Positions 47,269 through 59,300 of a stretch of DNA of 64,000 nucleotides are shown one piece after another (within the stretch, counting starts at the first letter, position 1; every line of letters starts with the position of its first letter). Under the pieces are notes generated by a model. It was not told the origin of the DNA. It searched no databases and saw nothing but the letters and a program-made list of their open reading frames with translations. The stretch spans positions 8,338 through 72,337 of the forward strand of contig JAZDPX010000045.1 of the NCBI GenBank assembly GCA_043797125.1, given 5' to 3'. The translations under genes were made by a program, and so were the position numbers. Origin of the DNA: Candidatus Omnitrophota bacterium. GTDB lineage: Bacteria > Omnitrophota > Gorgyraeia > JABMRG01 > JAFGKX01.

Positions 47269-47296
47269 ATTATACCAAATATTATACTTATGTAAA
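47269..47296 (-). promoter_or_regulatory. Candidate promoter TTTACA-N16-TATAAT for the 45639..47234 gene
   Basis: Minus strand reads TTTACAtaagtataatatttggTATAATaaccgaacgtcaacactattcttAGGAGaaacccATG. Confidence 0.35.
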
Positions 47297-47315
47297 GAAT
47301 TTTCTACTATTTGTC

Positions 47316-47335
47316 ATCCCCGCGGAAGCGGGGAT
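47316..47335 (-). terminator. Stem-loop ATCCCCGC-ggaa-GCGGGGAT immediately 3' of the giant gene stop, a possible weak terminator
   Basis: Read from the sequence. Only a weak U-tract follows. Confidence 0.3.
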
Positions 47336-47338
47336 CTA

Positions 47339-50300
47339 TTACGCCTGCGCCTCTATCGCTTCTGTTGCCTGCTTTATCTCATCAAGGACCTTGCCGATTT
47401 CCGCTGAGGTAATCGGCGGCAGCATCTTAGCGATAACCTGGGCAACGCTCGGCTGGCTGGAGTGCAGCTTGCTTAAAGTATAAGCCAGCATAGCTTCAAA
47501 ACTTACCACGCCTTTATCCGGCTGCTGCGAAGTGATGAAAAACGATATGTTTCTGCCGGACCTGGCCTGGTTTCCTTCGTTAACAACTTCCGCTATGCGT
47601 TTTAAACCATTTTCTCCATAGCCCGGGTCGCAGATTACCCCGATTGCCGCGTAGTTGTTGTTTTCTTTCTGCTGCAGAAGCTCTTTTAATTTCTTTAGCT
47701 TGAGCGCGTCTTTTTCAACATCGTCCATCGTGTCGAACTCCGACTGGATATAACCCTTAACCTTGCCTCTTAGGAAATCATCTAGCTCAAGTACGTCGTG
47801 CCTGTCTAAGCGCTCGTTCAGCTCAACGACAAGCGATTCTTTCCTGTTTTTATCAGGGACTATTAATATGTTGAACTTGCCCCCGCTTCTCGCTGTTTGC
47901 ATGCGGGCAAGTTCGGCAATCCTATCTTTATCTTTTTCTGTTACAACAGACTCATATATCACCAGCGTATAAATATTTCGCGAGTTCTGGCTGAATTCAT
48001 CAACGCTGTATTGCTCGTTCGCTCTTTCGAGCATCTCGTCGCAGGCTTCCCTGAAAAGCTGCTCGTAACTTTTTGCTTCCGGCCCTGGCTTTGCCTCGGT
48101 GGGCGGCGGAGTTTCGTCGCTTAAAAAGCGCTCCGGATCGTTTTTAAAATATGTATTTTGTATCGTTTCTACCTCTTCTTTGGTAAGAATTCGCATTACC
48201 TTTTTATTTGCTGCATGATCAAATTCATACCTTGCCACCTCGCCGTTTCCGACAGGCACGACAAAAAGCGCGTCTTTAAGTATGTTCGCGATTTTAGAAA
48301 ATTTGGTGTAGCCGCTAAGTATGGCTTTGGAGTTCTGTAGATACTTTGTGCCCGCGATTGCCACAGCCTCAAGCGGGTCTATCAGGGCGTATTCTTCTTC
48401 GTTCGGATTTTCTAATTTTATTAAAGTTATCTTATTTTTTTCATAAACAGAACGCAGTTTTTTAAACTCATCCAATTCGCTGTCCATTATTGCCTGATCC
48501 ATGTTAGACGGCAGATAACAATACTTTTCGCCTCCTACTTCACGCAGCCATTGCCCATTCCAAATTTCGCGGAATTTTTTGTAGTCGTAATCATCGGGAA
48601 TATCGTCGATTTTTTTAATCTCGCCGCCGATTATAGCCCCGTAAAATCCCGCGGCCTTCGCCGCTTCTTTCCAGGCCCTGACTGACATTATCGGCTTTCC
48701 CGCGCGGTAGCTTGACATGGAAAACTTATGCACAAACTCATGCTCGATGGTAAGGAAATCTGCCGAGGCTAAATCCCACTGCACATTATCCATGCTTTCA
48801 AGGCCCGTTTGCCCTTTCACGCCATACGGAAGCTTTGTAGCTTCTGACCCTACTGGAACGCTGATAAACTGCCTTAGTCTCTTTGGGAACCAAGTAATGG
48901 CCTCTCTGGCCATATCAAGTTTTTCCTCGGGGATATATCTCATAATCTCCACGTTTTCTTCCTGCTTTGTCTGCTTAACAAAATTAAAATGCCTTATAAA
49001 TTCAACGACAGGCGCGTCTTTTTCGGGCACCTGGCTTATTACCTCGTCTAAAAGTTCGCTGAGCTTCTCGATATTTATTCTGCCGTTTTCTTTTTGAGCG
49101 CCTTGTGGATTGGATATATAGTCTTGCGCTAATTTTATCGCTGTATCAATAAGCCTGATCTTTTTAAGCAGCACTAATTTTACAAAATCGCGCGCGTTAA
49201 GGCCTGATAGCTTATTTATTAATACGCCGTCTTTTTCAAGGCCTATTCTTCGGGCTATTACTTTTGCCGCCTCAAAAGCGTCTCTTCTGTGGGCGTGCAT
49301 CTGGGGCATTTTTTGTTTTGCGTCCTCGCTAAGGCCGCAATACACAAGATAGCCGCTTTCAGCATGCCTTATCAGGCCTATTGTTTTATAAAAGTTATGA
49401 AGCGCCATCTCTTCTCTTAAAAGTTCTTTTGGCTTGGCGCTTTGCCTGCGCAGCCTAACGCTATCTGTGCCGGTAATACTCCTTAAAATAATAGCTGCGC
49501 CTCTTTTCTCTATTGCTAATATATAATTAAACCTGACCTCCCATGTTGAGTGCTCCGGATCATAGTTATCATAGCCGCCGAAGAAATAAGGCAGCCCGTC
49601 TTCCAGCGGGTGGATTGAAATAGTTTCTCCGGTTTTTAGGTTTATCTCTTTAAGCGCCAGTCCGCTTGCGTTTAACCGGTCTTTTTCTAAAACATACTGA
49701 TTATCTCCGGCAAAAATTATTATTGGCTCGCTATACGAGAATCTTATTTCATTTTTGCCCGTTAAAACAATTTCTTCGTCCGACAGCGGCGGGAACGCCG
49801 CCTTCCAGTATTCCGCCGCTTTTCTATTTTTCGCAAAATCCGCCCAGTTTTTAAGCATCCTTTCTATCTTTCCTCTGTTAGGCAAAAACTTTTGGTCTTT
49901 GTTTGCCGCCATCTCAAGCGCCAATTCGTATATAAAACCTAATATCTTAAAAGCTTCCCTGGCGTCATCTTTGTTGTTAATTGTCACGTCCTCGTGAACT
50001 TTTCCGGCTTTTTGTTTATATTTTTTCTTTATCGCGGCTTCTGTCAGTTCGCTGATTCCAAGCGCCTTAATTACAAAAGCCTCCAATGAATCCCAGTTTG
50101 CGTCGTTAACATTCGCGATTTGCTCTAATATAAATTCCCTCGCCGCCATTCTAATTTTACTTAACATTACGCCATAGTCTGCCTTAAGAGCGCCTGCCGC
50201 GTTTCTGGCGGCATCCATAAATACTTCGTTCTCGCCTAATGCAACGAGAACTTCCGCGTCTTTCTTAAGTGCGTCATCTGGAGTATTTATTATCCAGAGC

Positions 50301-53300
50301 ATCACAGCTTCGTGCGCATTCGCTTCAAGCGCGCCTGTTTTTACGAAGTTTCCGACAGCTTCCCTGGCCTTATCTTGTATGCCGGGGGTATCCCAGCGTA
50401 CGCCCCCCATGCCAGTCGGCAGCGGCGGGGCGGTGGGCGTTATCCGCGCTGCTATAAAGCAACTATCAATAGAATATTTCGGCTCATAACTGAATGGATG
50501 CGTTTTGCTTAAGGGAAGTATTTCGTAATTTTTTGAGGCAATCACGGTCTGAATTAGGCCAAGATTTGAGTAAATTGCGGCGCTCGTAGGTATAAGCACT
50601 GCCTCGCAGTTTAAGGCCTTGGCTAATTCCTTGGCGTAATCAATAAGCTTGTTATATATATCATCCGCGGCAACCCCGGTTAACAGGCTCGTGCTTGGGT
50701 TAATGCCGGGAAGAACAAGGTATTTTTTGTTGTTATCTTCTATAATTAACACATACATGCCGCCTTGGGCAATACCATTCGAATCAAATATGATTATATT
50801 GATAAAGTTGGGATTATTCCAAAGCCTTTCATCTTCTGCGGTGCATGCGCCCATATTCAGGCCTGCTACGCCGTGGGCTTTTCTCTTTGAGGCAACGAAT
50901 CTTAACGCAATTTTTTCTTGCGATTCCTGGAATTCATATTTCCTCTCCACTTCAGCCTGCATGTGTTCATATTCACTTCCCTGCAAGAGCTTGGTTATGA
51001 TGGCTGCTTCTTTGCCTTGCTGCATCTTAAAGGTTGTGGATTTTAATTCGTTTTGTATTGATTGCTCGTCTGTTTTATCTTTTACTTTTTCCCATATCGC
51101 ATCAGCCGTATAATCGTCATCTATTCTTAGCGCCTTCTTGATTAATTGTATCAGCTGACGCTCATCCTTCTTTTCGCGAGCTTTAAGTATGTTAAATACT
51201 GTTTTAGCGGCGCCTTCTGGTCTTTCTATTCTGACGCTGAGCATCTTGTCATACGACTCTTGATTTTGCTTTTTATACGCAGCAATACATTCACCGGCTA
51301 GATCTCGCAAGGTGTCCCCCATAAATACATTTATATCGATAATATTCCCAATTATTGCCAATGATTCTGGCAGCATCCTGTTGCCGGAACTCCTGTAGTA
51401 GCGATATAGTTGTTCCAATAAATCTTCCCTGACATTGTGTAGGCCCCCCATTTTCCACTGCTCAAGAAGCTGTCCGCCTAAACTGGCTGCTTTTTCTTTG
51501 TCCGGCGCTAACAAGGCTTCCCCGTTTACCTTGGCAATAACCTGCCGGATAGTTCGCCACGGACTAGCATCTAATGGCATGGACGGGTCCTTTAAGATAT
51601 ATTGGCCGACAGATATATCGATCGGTTTTGTTTCTTGCAAATGCGCTGGTATCTCCTTTGTGTCTTGCGGCCTGTCGGCTCTATTTTTGTACATCGCAAA
51701 ATAACTTCCCCTTTGGACGGTTACTGCGGGCGGGAATATATATAATAGCATTGTGCTGAACAACGGGTCTTTGTCTGCTTTGGCTGTGTCGCCTTCTAAT
51801 ATCTCATTATGTATGCGCTTGCACCTTTCTATGAGCTCATTTAGCTTCCTTGGATTGTTCTTATATGCTTCATATACGCTAACTATGGCATAGGGGTTTT
51901 CTTTTAGGAAAGCGTTGATTTGGTCTTTTTCTTTTGATATTGGTTTTGAGATTACGCCTTGTTTAACGCCCAAAAGGAGGAAGTTTTCCAATAAATCATA
52001 TGCCCTTATGCCGTGTGTTTGTATAAATTCTTTAATAAAAGCCAGGTCAGCCTCTGATTCTATCGCGCCAGCAGCAAACAGCTTTTTCGTAACTCCGAGA
52101 CAAAGGAACGCGCCCTGGCGCTGCTTAAAGAATATGGGTTTGAAAAATATTTTCCAGGATTGGGGCCATTTCCTCAATATGGGTTCTGCTTCATGTATCT
52201 GCTCTATTAGTTGATATTCAACGCCTGCGGATAATGTTAGCGCTTGTATTAAATCGTATCCTATTTTAATAAAGTCGTCTTTTGTATTAATAGCCGAGTC
52301 AAAAAGATAAAACATTCTGGCAAAATGTTCTGTATTTGCTGCTGTCTCTTTAAGGAATCCCGTTAGCTTTGCAAAAAAGGTTGGCTCTGCTATATCATCA
52401 AGCCCTGTCTTTGTTATTACAAAAAGGCCTATAAGAATACTGACAAGCCGTTCCTGTTTTAGGCCTGTGGCGGTTTTAAGTGCTTCTGTTACGCTGGCTA
52501 TCTCGTCCTGCGCTTTGGCAAATAACCGCTTATCAAATATTCCTACTCTTGCGTGCTCTGCGGTTATGGCTGCTAAGGCTTCGGCTCTATCAAGCTTATT
52601 GGTTATTTTTTCTGCTGTGGTTATCGCATCTTTAAACTTTCCTGCCTTTGTCTGCTCTGCTGCTACGCCTTTAAGGGCTAATGATTTATTATCGGTATCG
52701 GTGATGATGCTTGCTGTAGCGAGGGCGTCATTAAACATCCCTGCCTTTGCCTGTTCTATTGCCAGCTCCTTAAGGATGGCTGGTTTAAGATGAGCGCCAT
52801 CTATGGTTTTTGCTGTAGCGAAGGCATCATTAAACGTATTTTTTGCTTCATCAAGCATGCCTGCTTTTGCCTGCTCTGCTGCTATGCCTTGAAGGGCTTC
52901 TGCTTTATGTTTGGTATCGGTGATGGTGCTTGCTGTGGCGAGGGCGTCATTAAACGTATTCTTTGCTTCATCAAGCATGCCTGCTTTTGCCTGCTCTGCT
53001 GCTATCTCTTTAAGAGCTAATGATTTATAATAGGCGTTGGTTATGATGCTTGCTGTGGCGATGGCGTCATCCAGCTTGCCTATCTTTGCAAACCATTTTG
53101 CAATAACGATGAGGGCTTCTGGTTTGTCATCGGTATAGGTGCTGGTTTTTGCTGTGGCGAGGGCATCTATTAATGCTTTGTTTGCGTCATCCATCCTGCC
53201 TGCTTCTGTAAACCCTTCTGCGACAGCGGCGAGGGCTTTTGCTTTGTCAACGGCTTCGGTAATGGTGTTTGCTGTGGCGAGGGCATCTTCAAACATCCCA

Positions 53301-56300
53301 ACCCTTGCCTGCTCTGCTGCTATGCCTTGAAGGGCTTCTGCTTTATGTTTGGTATCGGTGATGGTGCTTGCTGTGGCGAGGGCATCATCAAACATCCCCA
53401 CCTTTGCCTGTTCTATTGATATCTTCTTAAGGGCTAATGTTTTATAATAAGCATTGGTGATGGTATTTGCTTTGGCGATGGCATCATTAAACGTATTCTT
53501 TGCTTCATCAAACATGCCTAGCTTTGCCTGCTCTATTGCTATCTCCTTAAGGACGGCTGGTCCACGATAAACGCCATCTATGGTTTTTGCTGTGGCGAGG
53601 GCATCTATTAATGCTTTGTTTGCGTCATCCACCCTGCCTATCTTTGCAAACCATTTTGCAATAACGATGAGGGCCTTTAGTTTGTCATCGTCATGGGTGA
53701 TGGTTTTTGCTGTGGCGAGGGCATCTATTAATGCTTTGTTTGCGTCATCCACCCTGCCTATTTCTGTAAACATTTCTGCGGCAGCGGCAAGGGCTTTTAC
53801 TTTATCAGCGGCATTGGCAATGGTTTTTGCTGTGGCGAGGGCGTCTATTGATGCCAAACAAAATATCTGCAGTAAAGAGCGCACGGTATCTGTAGCATTT
53901 TTAATTTTCTCTAATATCTTCTCCCTGCCCTGCTGAATTGCCCCTTGTGAATTTTCAATATCTTTTAAGAATGCCTCATTCTGCCCAAGCTTAACCAGCA
54001 CTTCATCGTCAATAAAGGGCTGCTCGTGTATTATCGCGAGAGCAAGCGCCTCGAATTCGCCGCGGCCTATTTCCTGGCCGGCTTTAAGTTTTGCTACTGC
54101 TTCTTTTGCCCTTTTAAAGGTGCGCTCATCCGGCACCATCCCGCCGTTGCCCAGCGGTATAATTTTACCCGCCATGTAAATCTGCTGCGCCAGTTCAACC
54201 GGTATGCCGGCTTTGCCGTTTTCATCAAGTTTGTCGTCTTCCAGGTAAGGCTTAACCTTTGTTTCATAATAATTAAGCCATTCCCGGAATAGCATCTTAG
54301 CGACTTTGTCTTCTTCCGGTTCGCCTTCTCTCTGCTTTGTAAGCGTTTGCTGGAAATCTCCTATTATAACCATACGTTCCTGAACCCTTGAAATCGCGAC
54401 ATTTAAACGCCGTATGTCTTTTAAGAATCCTATTTCCGGCTTCCCGGGGTTGCTTCTTACAAAATCGATTATAACAACCTTTTTCTCCTGGCCTTGTATG
54501 CTGTCAATGGTGGTAATTTCAAATTTTTTGTGGAATATTTTCTCAAGCTTTTTGTCAATGTAAGCCTGTTGTGCTTTATATGGAGTAACAATTATGAAGT
54601 CTTCTGGTTTGTAGTTATATTTCTGCATAAGCTTGGTTATTTCATTTACCACTTCTTCCGCGTTGCCTTTGTTCCAGAGAGACTTTCCGTATTCTGTATT
54701 TCGCCAGCCGCGCCTTTCTCTGTATTTATCCGCGTACCAGCGGTTGCCATCCTTGCCGTTTTGATTGTTTCGCAGCGTTGAGGTGTCTATTATTTTAAGC
54801 GTATCTTTGTCGAACGGCTCCCAGCCTCTTTTCTGAAGTTTCGCCTGCCACCACTTATGCTGTTTCCACCATTCTTTTTTCAGCTGCCTTTCGCATTTTT
54901 TCTGAAACTCTTCACCGTAAGAAATGGCCACCAGGCCGGTGTGTATGGGGTGTGAACGCCAGCAGGTAGACAAGGTGATGTGGTCGGCATATGCCGGGTC
55001 GATTATATTTATTAAGCCCGTGTTGTATAGGCCTGTCTGCTCTTTTGTTAAGCCGTATTTTTCCCCGATTACATCATGATCCGCCGGGAAAGGCCCGAGT
55101 TGGTTGGGGTCTCCTATTATAATGACTTTTTTCGCCAGCCTAAGCGCTATAAGCACCTCTGGTAAGGTTGGTTTACTTGCCTCATCAATTATAAGGACAT
55201 CGAACATCGCTTTATCAAAATTAATCGTTTTGTCCATATAAAATCCGACCGATGTTCCCGCCGCGATAAACGCGTCATTGTTTTCTCTGCGCTTTTCCTC
55301 AAAAGACAACAGATTTTCCTTGATTTGCGTAGAAAACTTTCTGACTTCGTCTATTGTGATATCGCCCATCTTGTTGCCAAGCCTTAAGATTGGAATGCTG
55401 CCGTCTTTCACCAGCTCTTCCAGGGCCTTATCCACGGCTACGTGAGTCTGGGCGGTAATAAGCACTCTCTCGCCGCGCTTAACAAACTGTTTTGCTATTT
55501 CAGTAACGACCTTTGTCTTGCCGGGGCCGGGCGGGCCTATCACAACCGTCAAATCCTGCTTGGAATTAAGGCATAGCTCGACAGCCTTTTGCTGGGATTC
55601 ATCGCCTTCGATTTCCTCGTCTATAAAAGCAAAGTCCGCGCCTAAGTCTAAGTCGTTGCTGTCTGTATCCTGCGGCCATTCCGCGGCCGGCATAAGCCCA
55701 AGCATTCTTTTTATTACGCTGTTGTAGTTTCTGCCGTTATTCTTTTTTATGTCCTCTATCAGGCCGTCTAATACTTTAAACTGCAGTTCGTAGGCTGCGA
55801 CGTTAGGATTTTCCTTGTTTTCAGCGGATGCCTTCTTTTCTGTGTCTATCAAAGCATCCAGCACTTTTATGTATGTCTCCAGCTCATCGAGCGCTTGTTT
55901 TTTGCTTTTTGGCTGAACTTTATTCTTTTTATACAGTTTTACGTTAGATGGCGGAAGTTTCCCGACGCCTGGGAAAATTTCGGCGGCGGTTTGCATCCAT
56001 TCGATTACGGAGAGCAAGCGCTGTTTTTTCTTTTGCGGCGTATCTTCTTTCTTTGCCAGGTCAATTATCATCTTCTGGCCTTGCGGCAATATACCCAACG
56101 GCGCCAACGATGCCATTTCCCAGGATGCCTTAATCAATGCTTGCTCGCCTATGTCTTGCGAAACTTCTTCCAGCAATTCCACCGCCGGCTTTAAAAATGC
56201 CTCTATATCTTTTGCAAACACGTTGTATGCGCAAATAAGCAATTCTCTTTTTGTTTCTACGCTTACTTCGGCATTGGTTTTAAGGTCTGCCGGCGGATAA

Positions 56301-59300
56301 AAAATTGTAAACACCCTTTCTATATCTTTTATGCTTAAGCCCTTTTCCGCGGCGAATAAAGAAAGCTTATCAAGAATGCCGTTGTAACCCCGCGTAGTGC
56401 CTGTTATTCCAAGCATGTTACAAAGCCCTGTGTGTATATTTTTCTTTTTTTGCTGTACTGACCGCTCAAGCAGTATGTTGTTTAGCATCATGGAATATGT
56501 TATGTTGGAATCTCCAAAAATATACTGTTGCAAAGGCAGAATGTCAAATTTTTGTTCTTCCGCTTGCGGCATCGCGGAGCGAACCACTTTTTCGTCGGTG
56601 GCATAAGTCTTAAACTCATAAAAAGTTTCGCCTAGTATTGTCCTAAGTTTAATGTCGCCGTATATGTCTGCTGCGCCCTCTTCAAAAACCAATAAGTGGT
56701 TTTTGATAAGAAAGCGGGCCAAAAGATTAAACACAGCTATGTGTTTTTCCATACCTTTATCTTCCGGCCCCGGCAAAAGCCCTGAATGCAAAGCAAAGAT
56801 TTTGTTGTCTTTTGATGAGAAGTTGAGAAAATCTCCAACGTTGCGGTCAAATGTACAAAAATTCAGCCTCTGGGCGTTTATAAGGCTCCTGAAATCGGCC
56901 AAAAAGACTTTTTGCCTCTCTCCTTGTACGCTGTTTTCTAATTTTGCAAGAATGCCGTCTAACGACAGTGGGGCCTGGCCCGTCAATGCCGCCTTGCCCA
57001 GAGCAGAGCCGCTTGCTTTGCCTTCTATGTTTAATAAAATATCGCCGTTTATCTTGATGATTTCCGTTACTTTTGTGTCTTTGCCCAGCTGGTCGGAATT
57101 TTCTTGTTCGGGATCCAATATGTTGATGATTGTTTCCTCGGGCGGCCTTTTATCCTGCGGAATGTCTTGTTTTGTAGCGTTGTTGGGCTTAGGAGGCTGT
57201 AGCTGCGATATATCAGCCTTTAGCTTTTTAATTTCCTCGTTTATCTTGTTTACCTTCGCAAGAAGCTCATCAACAAGAAGCTTCTTCTCAAGGCCTTTTT
57301 TCGCCGCTTTATCATCCGTAAGTAAATCAATAATTTTTCTTTTGGCCTTTATCGCTTTGTTCAAATGGCCGATGGCGAGTTCAAGCCTGCTGATTTTATC
57401 TTGCGTTTTCTTTTGTGTCTGGGATGAGTTTTGCGGTATTGTTGTTTTAGCCGCTATTTCCTCGTCGCGCTTTGCTTTATCCAATTCATCTTTGCACTCT
57501 TTCTCAAGGGCCTCAACCTTACCCCTTCTCACACATTCCTCTTGCGTTTCATAAATTCTGATTTCAAGCGCCTCGTCTTCCTTATCAAGCTCAAAGGCCT
57601 TGTTAAGAAGCTTAAACGCCTCTTGAATGTCTTGCGCCGTTTTGTTTTCCCTGCTTAAAAATTCTTCCGCCTTTTCCAAATACGCCTGTTTAAGGGTTGT
57701 TTTTACCGCGGTATCATCCGGGACAAGCGCGCTCGCTTTCTCGAGCAGCTCTATTGCCTTTTCATAATTTTTCTCTTCTATAAGCTGTTTGGACCGCGTC
57801 AGGTAGGCTTTTTTAAGCATGGCGATTAATGTTGCGTCGCCCGGGACCAACTGAAGCCCTTTTTCCAGAGAAGCTATTGTGTTGTCAAGATTTGATTCGG
57901 TTTCGTGTTGCTTTGCTCTCTTCTCATACGCTTCGCTAAGCGCTTTTGAAATATCTGTGTCATCCGCAGCAAGTTTGTGGGCATCCGTAAGCACATCTAT
58001 CGCTTTTTCATAATTTTTCTCTTCCATGAGCTTTTTTGCGTATTTTAAGCTCGCTTCTTTACGCAACTGCAGTATGCGGGCCCTGTTTGAATCAAACTTA
58101 TGCGCTTTTTCAAGCAAGGCTACCGCGCCTGCATAATCCCCTTTATCGATAAGCTGCCTACCATAATCTGAAGACACTGCTGTGAGCCTTTTGCTTAAAA
58201 GTTCTATGCCGTAACCGCTTAATTCATGCTTGATGGCAATCACAAGATAGTTTATTTCTTCGTCGGGCCTTTGCTCTTGCAGCGTAGAGCCTATTTTTTC
58301 TTTTAATTCTTTAATAAATTCATTATTCGGCTCTGCTTTGTGCAGGGCCTCTATTACACAGGAGCGCTGCTGTGCCGGCATTTGTCTGTCCATAAAGATT
58401 TCATCGATTAAAACGCTTCTTAGTTCGCTGGAGAAAGCATTCCTGTATAAATCGCGGAGAAAATCTGTTGTTTTTTCCGGGAATAGCCCTGAAAGATGCT
58501 TTAGCGCCTTCTTAATATCTACCGCTCCTTCTTTGTCATTGTTTAATATTTCTTTTACTCCGCCGTAAAAAAGCATTTTCGATTCAAAGGCTAATACAGC
58601 GTAAAATTCTTCCTCGCCGCATTTTTCTATATCGAGATCGCTGCTGGAAAATTCGTTAAGGGCCTCGAAAATACGCGACTGCACGAAGGTTGCCCTTGTC
58701 AGCGGCGCATCATCCCATAGCGGCTTTATCAGGTGGCTTATTTTGCTTATATCCCCTTCTCTCATTCTAAGTGAAGCTCCTATCATTTCTTCGTAAGCTT
58801 CGCGTCTATATTGTTTATTAAGTTCGATATGCAAAATATCTATGGCGTCTTTTATAATTTGTACCTCTGTTCCGCTGAATCTTTTGTAGGTTCGTATTTT
58901 ATCTAGCAACAATTTTGCGGTAACGCCGATTTTCTTAATTACGTCGCTAAAATTCTTTTCTATTTTTGAAAAATCATTGCACTTGGCAATAATATCTAAA
59001 AGGTTGACATGCAAAAAGGGTTCATCCGGATAAAGCTTAATGGCTTTTCTTGCATATTTTTCCGCTTCGTTAAGATTACCCGCAGTTGCTAAACCTGCTG
59101 ATGTTGCAAAATAACTATATGCATCTTCAATACTTTTAATATCTTTGCCTTGCGTCATTTGGGACAAAAGCCTGGCGCTTGGCTTAAATGTTCTGTTCTT
59201 GATATCACCTTGTTTGCCAGCGGTTTTGATAATCTCTTGTACCTTAAAATGCAATTGCGTAAAAGCTTTTTTGTCCATGACCATCTTAATGTCGCTTGTC

